DNA of 63,516 nucleotides, counting the filler, from Choristocarpus tenellus KU-1152 (lineage: Eukaryota > Protista > Phaeophyceae), in the NCBI GenBank assembly GCA_964200185.2. It is 8 parts of 8 records of this genome, joined end to end, with 100 filler letters (N's around TTAATTAATTAA, not from the genome) between each part and the next. Parts side by side here need not be neighbours in the genome. Positions count along the whole stretch, not along the records: positions 10,222 to 31,438 come from CAXNAD020000358.1; 7 more parts are not named here. The stretch is one strand, 5' to 3'. Below are positions 11,865 to 26,067 of the stretch, one piece after another. The notes under the pieces are model-generated. The model worked only from the letters and a program-made list of their open reading frames with translations. It was not told the origin of the DNA and made no database searches. Made by a program: the position numbers and the translations under genes. How positions within the stretch are numbered: position 1 is the first letter of the stretch; the number at the start of each line of letters is the position of its first letter.

Positions 11865-14631
11865 GCTCCATTGCGATTTTGTTTCAATGACATTCATACC
11901 CCTCTATGGTAACATCGGTCTTGCCAGCGAAGAGGGTCGAAAGAGATAAGGTGACTCGAGGCGTAGCCATGTCATCCTTCTCTTTTTCTGGCTTTGCTTC
12001 TCCTTCTCTTCATCATTCTTCCGTTCCTCGCGTTCCACCGCTTCTGGCATTTCACTTCCTTCCTTCCCTTTGTGCGCACTCATCCTCTTTTAGCCTTCCT
12101 TTCCCTTGAAGATCGGAACTTTGACGTTGTCATCTTACTTATTGGACTAGATACGGATAAACCCTCTTTGTTGTTGTGTTTTTGCATTGACAGGTTTTTT
12201 TCTGAACTTCCAACCACATCCACCCAAATGTTGATTCCAGAATTATTGCTCCCATTGTTGCTACCTCTATAATTATCTCTGTCCATGTTGTCAACGTCAC
12301 CATCGTCGCTCATCTCGCTAATACTATATGAAACAGGGGAGGCGGGGACCTTAGGCGTACTTTACTTGCTTCTGCTTGCCTAGGAGAGCTTAGTTGTTCC
12401 TTTGAATCGAACCCTCACCATCGAGAGCATCACATTCCGACTTGGATTGTGCGATTATATTGTCAAATAGGCGTCTATGTCTTTGACCTCCTCCACTCCA
12501 TCGTCCATATTGTAGCTGCTTTCCAGAAGGCACTGCCTTCTGGAAGCTGTAACCCTGTCCTTCTTCTTGTCGCATTCAAACAGAATACTTGGTTTCCGTT
12601 GTTTAGCCCTTTCCTCAAAGTCGCTTCTACTTTTGTCCTTGATCTCATCGCTGCTGTTGTTGCCAATTCTTTGATATTGTTTCAGACTTGAAAGGTTGAC
12701 CATTGCCCTTTGCCTTCTTGATATCCCCGAGTGGTATCGCATAGCTGATACCTCAACCTGACCTCATCTTTGCTTCCACTTTCGCCCTTCTTGTTGCTGC
12801 TGTCGTCGAAATATCTTGAAGAAGTGTTTCATGTTCTTCATACACTCGTTGAAAAATAAATGAAATGGTATTGATGGATAGATATCAATATATTGTCCCA
12901 AGATGTGTTTTGCCTATGAGATTTTGTCAGTCACCGTAAAAGTCTCCCTGTTTTGACTCGCACTAGGGTTATACTTGACAGATTGCTGCCATTGGTTTAT
13001 CCAATTGGGCCTGCAGGAGAAACCTCATGGTCACTACCCCCCACTCTGACACTGCACACTTCACTACTTCTCATAAAAAAACTCCTGACCAACTGTTGCG
13101 CGGTGACTATTGCCTACATTCCTGCCTTCCTTCCTTGTGCGTTGGGCTTAGCACCACTACTTGTCGCCCTCTCTTTCCTCCTCGATGTTTCTAACTTAAT
13201 CTTGGTCCAGCTTTTTTGTGGTGTGAGTACAAACAGGATATCACACAATCAGAGGTACTTGCCACATGGAAGAGTACCATTGCAAAATGGTCTTTGTCAA
13301 AAGAAGTCTGTCATCAAAGGGACTTGAACCAGCGAAATTCATGCAGGTAGTGGCCACCTTATCTAGTATATGACAAGGACAGTCCATAATTTACAGGTTG
13401 ATTGCAGGAAGGAGGAAGTGGTACTCCAAATATGATATTCGATGCATGGATCATGATCACCTCACCACAAAGACAAATGGTAATGTGAGTGACACAACAG
13501 AGGTAGGTAAATATTTCGTACAGGTAACACACCTTCTGTGTAAACTCGTCAAGGCTCAAGCGAGGCAACAGGTGTTCTCTTTCAGGCATTGCAAGGTGCC
13601 AGAGCAACAGAGGTAAATCAATTTATCATGGTCATTTTTTCTTTGGCGTGCCAAGAAAAAAAAGGGTGGATTGCTCCTGTTTTTCTGTGAAGTGCTTGTT
13701 ACAATATCCACGTGTCATCCAGGAAAGCAGTACACTGACAGGTACAAGTATGGAGTATGTACAGGTTTTGCTTGTCCAAATAATTGAAACCAGTTTTTTG
13801 TTGGACATTTCACCTTTCAACAGGTGTCTCTGCATTCAGGACTATTGCATTAGGACATAGTGTCGTTATTTTAAGGTGATTCCACACCATGCACGTTCTT
13901 GCCATAAGTGCAAAATGAAGCTAGTCTCTAGATCTGGACTCCAACCACCAGCAACCTTATACCCTGGTAAAATGACTTAATATGCACCATCTGCTTCTGC
14001 CACATTACTGAAGGAAACGAAGAGTGAGCAACGACCAGGAATTCATTTGACCCCACTGTAACTTAATGTCTAATCTTGAACCCAGCCAATCGGTGGTTCC
14101 AATAGGGTTTCAGTTTAGTCTTCAAGGTAAGATATGAGAGAATAAGAAACTATTCATGGCACATGTGGAATTACTCGTTCATGGAAAATGTGTAACTTCA
14201 TATACCTCCACTGATTGCCCACTTTACAGTCTGCAGAAAGCTGGACATTTCCGAATTAGCCGACAGCCTGCCCCCTAAACGGCCCCTATCAAAACACTGC
14301 AGTTACTGTGTGCTCCTCTTCATGGCTTACTTCAATTGATCTGTAGTACATGAACAGAGAGATGTATTTCAAGGAGGCACGTTGGAGTAATTTATGAGGC
14401 AATACACAATACTCTATTTTGGAGGGACCTACACACACCAAACAGTAGTCCAAAGAATGTTACATAAAAAGCAAACAGCAGCCTTGGAGCAATACTAGCC
14501 ATGCTTCAATGTTCCACATAGTAGTTCTCGCTTGGAAGGCAACTATACAACAAAATATATGACTGAGGATTTAGCAACCACATCCTACGCCCCTTGACAC
14601 ACTTTGTGGGTTGAATAAAAGAAGGAACATG

Positions 14632-17600
14632 TCATTCAAGTTTATAATGCGCTTTTAATGACTCCTCAAAACTCTGTGCAAAATGTTTAATTTCCAAAAG
14701 TAACTCCTCCACTGTCTCTGCCACCACCACACCAACTTGCTTGCCATTCCCTTTACCCTGTGGGATGGAAGCACCCTCACTTAGGATGGTCCTCAACGGA
14801 GAGGAAGCTACAACCCTCCCCCACCTGCCAAGCTCTTTCTTTGCTGTGGCGTCTAGCCGCACATTATGTGCAAATACAGCACATTCACAGTCTTTGGCCA
14901 AGAGTATATTAGCCGACGTTACAGCTCCCACACTGGCATGCACCACCTTAACCACAGTTGCACCATCTGAAGCTCCCCAGTCATGCAAAGCATCCAACAC
15001 ACTGGCAAGAGTATTTGCAGTATCTGTTTTCACCACTACCATCGGAATGCTCCCGTTGTATTCCTCAAGCTCATTGTGCACTGCTACCTGAGAGCAGGAC
15101 TCAGATACAATTGGATAGAAGGAAGACTCACTGTCCCTTGACAAATTTCCATTTCCCACTTCCCCTTCAATCTCTTCATATTCCTCATCCTCAGTATCAT
15201 CATCATACCCCAGTGAACCACTGATTTCTTCCTCAGCCAAAACTTGTCCTTCTTTTTCCAGCTTGTAATGGTCGATAAATTCTTTCATCATTACTTCCAG
15301 CTTTCGAACAAGTACTACCTGTCCATGTGCATGACAAGTGAACAAATTAGTGTTGCCAATCCACAAACTAAAGTTGACATATTCAATAGGTAGACAGCTG
15401 TTCATGGACAATGTACACAATCCCTAGAGTCACACTATGTCACACAGTCATTTGTCTGAAGGTTGAAAATGTAGTTAAAATAGTGTAGAGTTATGCAATA
15501 GATGATAACCTGCCATTCTTCTCCCTCAAAACGTGTTGTCCTGAGGCAACTGGGGTGATAATCAGTAAACCATCCAGCTCAACATTTGTAACCTTTTGAG
15601 AGGCATCTCTTGCCAGGACTCGGAATGGTTCACCCAGGGGGGCATCTGCCAGCTTCTCCATGGGAGTAAAGACAACCTGTACTGCCATCCCAGGCCCTAC
15701 CAACAAGAATACGTGCAACAGAGGATAAATCGATTGAGATTCGAAAAGAGGATAAGTCTTCATACATCCTAGTAACATAATGGCACCAAATACATCAAAT
15801 AGGTGAAATATATCTTGGACAAGAGTAAAGACACTTTTCACTGTGTCACAATATTGTTGAACCTCTCTAGCACATTTCCACAGAAAAAAAATAACCAGAA
15901 GAGAATGTTGTGGAACTCCCCTTCCATTACCCTGCACCTGCTTGCTCAATCCTTTTCCATCCCTCTTGGTTGTAAAGAGATTTTACTGATCCCCACATAT
16001 AGCCAGAGACAAACCAATCCCCCGGACAAAGCACTCCCTCTGCAACCAGCAGGAGCTGCATGCATGTTTGGATTCATGGGTGGAGGGAGGGTCACCACAT
16101 CGAAGTCTCTATGTCATACGAGCATTGTGTGATGAGCACAATCAGCCCCCTCTAGAACATTCCCCACAATTACATGGGTATTGGTACTACAATTTCAATC
16201 TGTCCAGTGCAATAAAACCATTAGACTAGTGCAGAAAGGGAGCTTAGGCAATACAGCAGTGGTAAAGGTGCAAGAGACTTCAGAATCATTGCTGTCACAA
16301 ACATATAGCATGCCTTCCGGTACCATCCATCAGATTAGGGCATACCATCATCTTGCCCTGCTTTGGACTGCTGATATATTCCAGCACGGTTGCCATGGCT
16401 GCCCTAGGAGGAGCTGGCAAGGACACAGAAGATTCATGTACATTCTCTCTACCAATCTCATTGTCCCTGTTTCTGAGGTGCAGGGAGCTTTGGCCACCAG
16501 TGATGGGATCACTCAGAGCAGAAGCAATGGCACTCCTTAGCTCTTCCATGCCCTGTCCCATGAGGGCAGACACTGGTACCACTCTGGCATTGTGAGTCGC
16601 CTCAAAAGAATGGATTTCCTCCACCAAGGACTCATAGTGCTGGAGAGGGTCAGAAGTAAAACAGCATGCATGTGAAGGAATGAGTCCAGAAAGTCATCAT
16701 TTGATTATGTGCAGTATGTCACAACTCTTTGGTGGAAAACAGACATTACCCAAAGTTCTACATAGAGAGTAAAGCAACATACGTACACATTACGAATGGA
16801 CATGCCTTTCGGGCCTCCTCTCCCTCAGGTAGTAGGTCCATCTTGTTGACAGCTACCACTGTGGGAAGGCCAAGCTCTTCAGCACACCCCATGCTCTCCT
16901 TCGTCTGCAGGCACACCCCTTCAACAGCTGGAATGGAGATCAACACAGGATATGAGCATAAGTATTTATTTTGTGTGCTACATTGTAGAATGAGGGTCAT
17001 CACATTGTTCAACATTAGTTGATATTTCTGCAACAGGACCTCAAAGAAAAACATCCGCCATATTTCCCCTCCAATGAAAGACATGGTACCTTGTGCAGTC
17101 CTTGCACAATCCGGGCCCTCCAACATAGGAGCTTCCAACCTGTTTACTTAAAAGTCCAATACATTGAAATTGACAACCTCTTCAAAGATACTTGTTTCGT
17201 CGTATGTACAGGTCCAGATCCAATGCTTGAACAACAGTGTGGGTCTAAGGCCCAGCATTGATTTCTAGGCGAGTCACAGGTACAGGCTGAATTGCATGGG
17301 GTCTAGACGTATGTCTATACATTTCCAGTTCCAGGTCTGCTGACCAGAGCGTTCACAGTGGAAAAAAATAACAAAACTATTAAAGATATAAGGAAACGTA
17401 TCAAGTGGAAATCAAACCTGGGACAACTTACACCAAAAACCACATTCCACTCTAATGCCAGGTTGTACAGGACTATATGTACCGCTTTGCAAGGACTCTA
17501 GATCTGATGCGACATATTATGTCTTAAGCCTACGTCTAACTTTACTGGCATTTGACAGATTCAGGCCTTAGACCATACTGTAGATCCCTGGTCTGGGTTT

Positions 17601-20409
17601 GACACCAGAGTGTGAATCATTATGGTTAGGGATGAGTCTTAGGGGTTGGGGTCTAAGACTGCAATTTCTCCACAATGGACCTGGACTTACACTAATAGTT
17701 GGCCTGTGAATGAACACTACGGAGTACATGTGACAAACCTGAGAAAGCATCACTACCAACGAAGCAAGATAGGGTATTACATGGGATATCATCGCACCCT
17801 TAGGCACAGAAAAAGTAAATTAAGGGACATGCACCCCCCTGGCATATACTTTAGCACAGATGATATACATGCTTGCAACTTAACTCCTTTGACTGGCAAG
17901 AGCGTCCATAACATGATCAAGTGGGCACAAAGAACTTGCCCATTTGTAACAGATAGAGCAAAAATGATTGCAGTATACATGCCAGCACTCGGTTTCAAAA
18001 ATGCGAACACATCAAGGATGGTGAGGTACACAGAAAAATAAAATGAACTCCACAAGGTCTTTTCAATAGTTGACATGTTCACCCTTAAGATATATACAGG
18101 ATGTGCAACTGATCAACATGATAAAAATGATGCGTCTATACATAACTCCTTCAGGCTGTACATGCAGGCAGGCAGTGTGAAATTATGTCTGACCTGATAC
18201 AACCAAAACCACACAATCAGCCACACGAGCACCATTGTTCCTCATTCGGTAGAAAATTTCTTGTCCAGGTGTGTCAAGAAATGTGGCAACAAGCTCTGTC
18301 ACGGTACCATTTGAATCCAAAATACTCCTGCCCGACTCCTCCACAGCTGGTTCACACAAATTGACGGTCCTTGCACGAATCTCTTGGGTTATTCCACGGG
18401 GTTCATTACTGGTAAGGTTGATGATTTGGGAGATGCAAAAAAGCTGGACATGTTAGGCAGACCATCACACAGTATCATCTGAGGGAAGTGTACCAAGGGT
18501 ATTCATTCACCAGACCATTTCTTTCTTATCAACTGCGATAGTTGAATTGAGGTGATGTAGTTAATGGAAGTTGGAGACAAGAAAAAACTCACAAACAAGA
18601 ATAATAAGTCAGTAAAGATATATATTTATTTACTCAACAGCTTAGGAATAGGACTGGATAGAATCTAACCAACGACACAAATTCCGGAAACTTAGATGTC
18701 ACCTAACAATCTTGCTTGTTGGTCCAATCATGGCATCGAGCAGGGTGGTCTTGCCATGGTTGTAGTGCCCCAGTAAAACCACTACAGGTGTCCGCGATTC
18801 CTTGTCAGTCCCTGGTGGAAGGGAGGCCTTACGTTGCACTTCTGTATCAAGATATATAATTTTCTTGTTGAGTTCCTTGGCGATATTCTTGGCCTCCTAA
18901 TAAATTGTGGCAATCAGCAGTAGCGTCCCCAAATGCATAAGAGGTGAGCAGCAAGGCAACAAGAGTCATGTTGGGCACTTTACAGTAGATTGTAACAATA
19001 GGTGCATGTCTCAGGGGCATAGAGTTTATGGCAACTTAAAAAAAAATTACACCCGCCAGTAGAAGCATTGCAAAGCAAATATTGAGTGCATCTCAGGACT
19101 TTCTACAGTGAAAATCCTTCCACCGAGACCTGTAGGAAAGATGACATTTGTAATGGATTGCTATCAACAAGGTTTGCTGTTCAATCATTACCGCTTTCCC
19201 AATGAATAGAGTTGAGGTATCGACAAAACTATCAAAAGCCCTCATGTGAGCCACCTTGACATAGGAAAGTAATCATACTGTTTTTTCTTAGTAAAATAAT
19301 CTCCACAAAAAATGAAGAGGATATTGCCATACCGAAAAATAAAGGCAATTATAGTTGCAAACGAATGCATACTTGACGAGTTGGACTCGAGGTTGGATTT
19401 GGGACCAAACACAAGCACTAAGCCATAGAAGGATATAGGTACCCCACAGACCGTTTTGTTACTCACTCAACGAGCCGATACTCGTGTGTTGCATTAATAC
19501 GCAAGGGAAAAAGCCACCATGTTGTCGTCAAACAGTATCGCCTGCTGATAGGCAAGGTCACAATCTCTAACGAGGTCTACAGATTTGTACCATGTTAACC
19601 GCCTTGGGAGAGTGCGGGTTCGAAAAATGGCATTTGTATTAATACCGTGCTTTTGGAAGAAAAATTGAAATACAGGGCCATGAGGTGTGTCCTAGTTCAG
19701 GAACATTTCAACATCGACAGGAAGCATGCCTGACGAGTAAAACGCGTTCATCCTACAGCATCCGACTTCGTACACTGGATGAAGGCACCTAGAAGGAGTT
19801 ATTCACCTTGAAGGGAATTACCACAGATCCTAAGGATGGGAAGGCGTAAGGTGTACCCTGGAGAACCACCCTCCACTTCTTTTTTTCGCGAATTCCGCCC
19901 AGTGCCTTAAACAGCACCTTGGCATTCACACGCAATAAGGTCGCCAGGTCTCTAGCGACGGGAGGGCCACATCAATAGTTATCCGAAGATTTAGAATACC
20001 ATCGCTGTGAAGGTATGAGTACAAGGAGAAGAAAGAATTGAGCCCTGGGCATAGTTTTCATAGTTTCCTACCTGAGTCCGGTGAAGGCTGGAACTTCCAC
20101 CACATTTGATCTGCCACCAGACGTCCACCTTCGTTGGCCCTTCCGCCTGATCATAACCCTTTCATTTTTAGAAACCAAGCGTTTACATCCTAATGGTAGA
20201 TGAAACTCTTGTGCTTCGATATATGCTCGTGCTATGGGTCTCATCGGTTCACTCCTTGTTCGAGTTACCACCATTCGATTTATGTCAGAAATCCTTGTAG
20301 CCTCACGATTTCCTTGGATTTTCAAGGAGCACACTGCCGCCTTGGACATATGCCCTCGCAAGTGCATACTCTTACAGGCAGCTCTCCCCATAACCACGAA
20401 CGGCATCAT
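14632..20409 (-). CDS. Translation initiation factor IF2-like GTPase, organellar type, 738 aa. Exons 20409-20072, 19951-19807, 18896-18703, 18408-18194, 16927-16806, 16639-16346, 16055-15938, 15696-15593, 15318-14632
   Basis: Phase-consistent chain of 2217 nt. IF2_N-like VEVPAFTGLRDLATLL; RTPVVVLLGHYNHGKTTLLD (G1), GITQ (G2), FLDTPGQ (G3), VNKMD (G4), VPVSALMGQG (G5); domain II GVLCPGDWFVSG..GSVK..AGPG; domain III VVKTDTANTL...VVHASVGAVTSANILLA. Basic N-terminal extension. Confidence 0.88.
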
Positions 20410-20698
20410 GTTGTCCAAGAATATTAGGTACTCACACTCCAACACAAATTAGATACAAAAACTGTAGAAGACACGCCTCCGCATATACTCGAGAGCCCAG
20501 CTCACATTGCAGTTTCAAAGGGAAATACAACGGAAAACCAAAGGTAAACAAACCAAAGGACAACCGATCGAATGACAACGAGGTAACGAATTTACCGTAT
20601 GTACATCCTCGTTAGGCTGAGCCTCGAATGGTCTGTTTCCAGGTGAGATAAATGATGTACATAGAGTACAATCCTTGACTCCGGGCGAAGTGCCCACC

Positions 20699-20818
20699 AT
20701 TTAATATTTACAGGATGCAAGATAGGGACTGAAGACTGTGCACCTTCTAAGAAGGGTATCTTGTGTCCACTATTTAATATTTACAGGATGCAAGATAAGG
20801 ACTGAAGACGGTGCAACT
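20699..20818. repeat. Imperfect ~46-bp direct repeat (two copies) upstream of the IF2-like gene
   Basis: ATTTAATATTTACAGGATGCAAGATA(G/A)GGACTGAAGAC(T/G)GTGCA at 20699 and 20773. Confidence 0.85.
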
Positions 20819-23800
20819 GGGTATCTTTCGAGTTGATATAGAAACCCACGAGCACGATGACGTGACGATTTCAAACCTTGATCCCTTGACAAAACAATAG
20901 AACTACACCTCCAGCAACTCTTTGCCAGGTAAATGGCATTGAATATGAGGGACCTTTGGAGGATCGCATCTTTTCAAGGGGGTAGAGCGGAGCCTTGGCA
21001 GTGAATACGTGCAGCGTCTTTGATGTGAAGAATGTTTCGACCAAATTGAAAAGGCTAAAGTACAGACTCCCAACGACCAAGCACCTCTTCTTTGCATGCC
21101 TTGAGGTTCTCACACTCAGTCCAGGGACAGTACACGCTGGTTCATTGTCATAAGAACAGCTACTGAGGGGTCGCAGAGCTGTAAACACCTTGATATGTAA
21201 CGGTAAACAGTAAGTACCCTCCCGAGTTCCACTTGTCATACCAAATGATTACAATACATATCGTGTTCTGTGTTAGAACACTAGTAAACTCCTGTGTCTA
21301 CCGAGCAGACCGTCATTCCGTAGAAAACATTGTTGGGGTAAATATCAACTAATGTCGTGTCAGACCATAACATTATCATGAAATCTTCACTATAGCACAT
21401 GTGCTACCTATTGATAATAATTTTTCAATAATGCCAACACATACCTCACGCCCTCAGCTTTCCCCAATGATATATTATCCAATTTGAGCAAAACGTTCAA
21501 AAATTTCGCCCCATGTTCAAACTAGCTAGTTCTATCGATACTAGCCATCATAGCATGTAGATATTGTTGAGATGCGAGTAAGTACCCCCTTTAATGCTTG
21601 ATTCAAACTGCATTATGTTTCAAAACAGTGTCTGACACCATTCTCCGCAAGGCACTTTGCTCAGGAAACTGGCCGAAGGGGCACCATCATGTCATTTTGC
21701 ATCCAGAAGAGAGACATCAATATATGTGCGTATACTATATCATGATGAAGTAGACCTTCAAGGCTTAACCCAATTGAGGAGGTGATACTGCCCTCATTTT
21801 GGATCATATTCACAGAATACGTTGGTCTATCAACAAGTCTCTCGTGTAGGTTACCCCTTCAACTCTAAGTCTTGACATTTTTGCTGACACATTGTTAAGT
21901 AGTACACAGTATGCACATACATTTCCAATATATATATGTATGTATTTCCGTGTCCTAATCAGGTTCCGGCTCCTTTCTCCTAGAATATTTCTTCTCTCTT
22001 TTGCGATAACACCCTCTAAGGGGATAGTTGGGGTGGGTCAGTCTTTGCCAACTACATGTTCTATCGAAAGTACAGGTGCATCACTATTGGTTGTTATAGC
22101 AATTATGGAAGATCGGAGATGATATGAATGCTTGCAAGCCTTCCACCCGTCTAAGATGAAGATGAATGAATGCACTTCATCACTGCAGCAGCATCCACTG
22201 GGACCATTAAATTGCACCAACAGTGAAATGCCTTTCTGTGACATACATAATTCAAACTACTGATCACTATAGCATTAAGAGAATGTCATACCACTGAACT
22301 AAATGTGCCCACAAGGAAGCTGAGCTAGTATTTGACATATGTTTCCTGTAGCCAATGCTTGTAAGATATGAAACGCCGTTTAGCATGTGAGAAGCATGGT
22401 GAACTTGCTTTACACAAAGTGGCCACAAAAACTACAAACACAAAGCAGAAATTCGAATAGAAAGCAAAAAACATTATACAACCTTTAACAGTGTTTGCAT
22501 GAGTGTGTCAGATATCGAAAATTGGGAACTTCCCTATGTGGTCCTTTCTAAAGACCTGGATTTCGACCAAGTACTGATGGGGTGCACCAGCGATAAGGTT
22601 GGGAAGGCATCCATCCTTCAAAACCAAAGCATTGTGCCAGCAAAGTGTTTTTCCCTCTGACCCATTACTGAATGGTTCGTCCATCCCTTTTTTTTTCTTC
22701 TTGCGCTGTGAGATGATCTTACCATATGACACAATGCGTAGTGCTGGTGGATCAGGTATGGATTGGAACGAACACCCCTATGCAAGATACTGCGGTCTAC
22801 CTTCCCATCAAGATTTTATTGAATAATTCTACAAAACCCAGATTTCTGACAATATTGTAGCAACAGAAAGAAGATCAGTGTCGTGGTATGAACGGTTTCA
22901 TGGTGACCCATAGAGAGAAATCCCACTAGCACCTCTATACAGTCGATATTCTAATAATATTCTTACCTTTTTCTTCCGATATCAATGGAGGAAAATGTGT
23001 GTGATCCAGCCTTCACCTTGCACCCTGTTTAAAGCTTGAGTCGCATGAATCGTTGGTTCTAAGGAAGTGCTCCGTGTAGAGGCTTTATGTCTTCCAGGTG
23101 AGGAGGTGACCAGTGCACTGAACCACTGATGAATTCCATGAGATGAATCTTGTAAATATGATCTGTGAAGAGACTGGTTGAAATACTGCAATGTAGTGTA
23201 CTTTCTAGAGCTGTAGTTTAGGCTAGTAATGCATGCTCTCCGAGTAGAGGTTTGCTACCTTGTGAAGGAAAGTTTTTGATGCATTTATTCTGAATATATC
23301 TCGTCCAGTTGTGTATTGAGGTACACTATATTGAGGAGCGATTTCGCAATCTGAAGAGGGGGTGACACCTTGCAAGAAACCTATACGATAAGATACTAGT
23401 GCTATTTCTTCTACGAGAGAAATATAGACAAAGCCTGAGAGTCTAATTCTCAACCAACTTATGTGTGTCCCATATTGAGTGTGTATGTTGAAGAATATCT
23501 ACCAATTCCAGGGATCAAGCATAGTATAGCTATGTATAGTTCAATGTTGAGTCGTTATTACATACATGTCCGACCTGAGTACTTACACACTAAGATATTT
23601 CTAGTGGATGAATCAACAGTCAACACTAGATGATGGTACTGGACTGTAGCTCCTGAACTATGGAAAAAGCAGCCTACAGATTGGGAGGAGCGTAATGTCT
23701 GATGTTGGGTGCAATTCCCCCCGAGGACAGAGTGGTACACTTGACGGGTGTGCTTGGTGTTCAGATCGTTCTTGATGGTGTCAAGGAAGGTCTTTACCTG

Positions 23801-26067
23801 ACTGTCTTGTGTTACGGTACGCTTCTCCTGGGAGAGTGCATCCCACAGGGCCTTTGACAAGGCACAGGTTTCTGTCCCTCAGCCAAGAACCATGTGGCCA
23901 TGTCGTGCCTTGCATACTTCTACCCTTCCCATCCTCATGTCTGAGTTTGTCTACAAGCAATGAACAAAGTATCTGGACTATAACGTCCATCTTGGCTTTC
24001 TTCTGAGAGCACGCTTGGGTTTGATTGTCTGCTGACTCCTCTCTTCCTGATGTGACAATACGCAACATGGTTGGGTGTGTATACAGGAGACAGAGGAAGA
24101 GAGTAGGAAGGGGATGTACATATGCGTCAGTGAAGTGGATCACTCCCCTTAGAGGTGAAGATTGATTGACAGGTGTGGACGCGTTCGGGAATGTAGGCAA
24201 TTCTGACTGAACTGAGCTGGGCATAATATAATTTATTTGCAAATAGTACCAGAAGGTTCAAATCAGCAATGTTTCGGATTCTTGCAACTTGACCATTTTC
24301 GGGGTTTAGAAGGAGGTTTGAATGTGAGGGGACTAAATAAAGGGATAACGGAAGGATTGGAGTATATGAAAATGGATCAAAATGTCGAAATCCGAAATGT
24401 TTAAGATTTTTTTTTTGTGGGCAATGTCAAGGAGGAGGAATTTGAATTGGACAGGGGAAGAAATATGACTCTTAGTTCATGAGATATTGTATAGTGTAAA
24501 CATAGTAAACAAGTGCAATCTAAAATCTCTAGGATTTGTCATTTTAGAGTGACCTTGTGGAATTTCTTAGCAATATGTGACATGTGTACCCAAGTGTGTT
24601 TCACGTAGGATACAGATGAATGTGGTGAGATGATGTCGTGTGGATACAAGAATAGTCCATATCAAGTGTTGATCAACTCTAGTCATAGACCATTCTTGCA
24701 TCTTTTTTTTATAAATTCTTGTGAACAATTTTACGTTTGATTGGTTTGTTTCATTGATTGCAGAACATTTGAATTTATATTTGTAGTGGTTGACGTATTG
24801 AGATATTTTGTCTTATCGTACCAAAACGGGGAGGATGTGGTTTCTATTGTTAATTATTTACTTCCTACACCATTTACTTGCGATTTTTGCGTCAGTATAT
24901 ATAGTATATGATGACTTTCTCTATTGTATGCAAAGGAATTGGAATTTGGTTGTGTGGTGGGTCATATTTCGAGATTTGCAATGCTAAGAGTGTGGCAAAG
25001 GGGTGTATCATGCGACTAGAGAATACGGTCACGTTCAAAATTCGCAATACTACATAATATTTTTTTTGTTGGTCATATACAACGTTTTCCAAATCCTTGG
25101 AGTGTCGTGTCAGTTCCTGTATGGGAGAGACGCAGGGCACAAGAAATTCACCCTAGACACGGGACATTCCTCTTTGTGTATCTCGGACAGAAGGAGATTC
25201 TGGTGACAAATTCCCAATGAAAGTGATGCCTTGTAGGTGGTGCTCCAGAGGAGCCATCCTACATGTGATGTGGCTGGAGTGGTGTGTTGTTTGCTTTTCA
25301 GAAAAGTTTGGATCTCGAAGATCGTTATACATCTATTAGGACAAATATCCGTACATATGTTGCAAAGTTTGATATCCGAAGAGAGGGAGACGTGAATTTC
25401 AGACCAAAGAATAGAAATCAGACGCGTGAGGGATATCGTTGAAACAGAGAATGTTGTTGAACGAACTTATTGATTTTCTTGTCAATCGGAAAGTATTTGG
25501 GGAATCTTTGGAGGTGTATGATGTAGAACTTGTATCATTCAGTGCAAGAAAAAAATGATAAAATACTGAGGATGGTGGTATGGATAGGTCATATGGTACT
25601 AGGGATAAAAGAAATAGGACTAAGTAGTAGTATAATAATAGGACACCACCAATGGTGTAGCTGCTGCTGCTGCCGAGGTACGAACACACCCCTATTAGAA
25701 GGGTTCTCTTGACCCTCGAAAGTTTATCCTTAACACCCTCCTGGCGGAATGTTTTGGGCGCCATGGTAAGCAAGTAAGAAGGTTTTTAGATGAGTTAGCC
25801 ATGCAGTGGGGGCGAGATGAGAGGGGCGAGAACATAGTGCAGGAAAGAGACTGTCAAGTCCCGCTTTGGACAGATAGTGTCTGTCACTGCACAAGTGACT
25901 CTCTCGAGATGTGTAATATATTTCAGGCTAGAGACACCAGGCAGGTGGGCATGAAGGGGCCTGTAAGATTATTGGGATGCTTCGGTAGGTCTTCGCCTAC
26001 TTTTCCAGGGCTAAGCTAGATTAGAGGCATAGCAGCAGAGCACACATTACATTGCAACGACAACCCT

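Noticed and set aside
19952-20007. Apparent frameshift in IF2-like exon 2 using the CAG acceptor at 20005-20007
   Set aside because: The TAG acceptor at 19952-19954 restores the frame and gives the IF2_N-like TGLRDLATLL.
20699-20818. CRISPR-like repeat-spacer-repeat
   Set aside because: Only two units, eukaryotic context and no cas genes.
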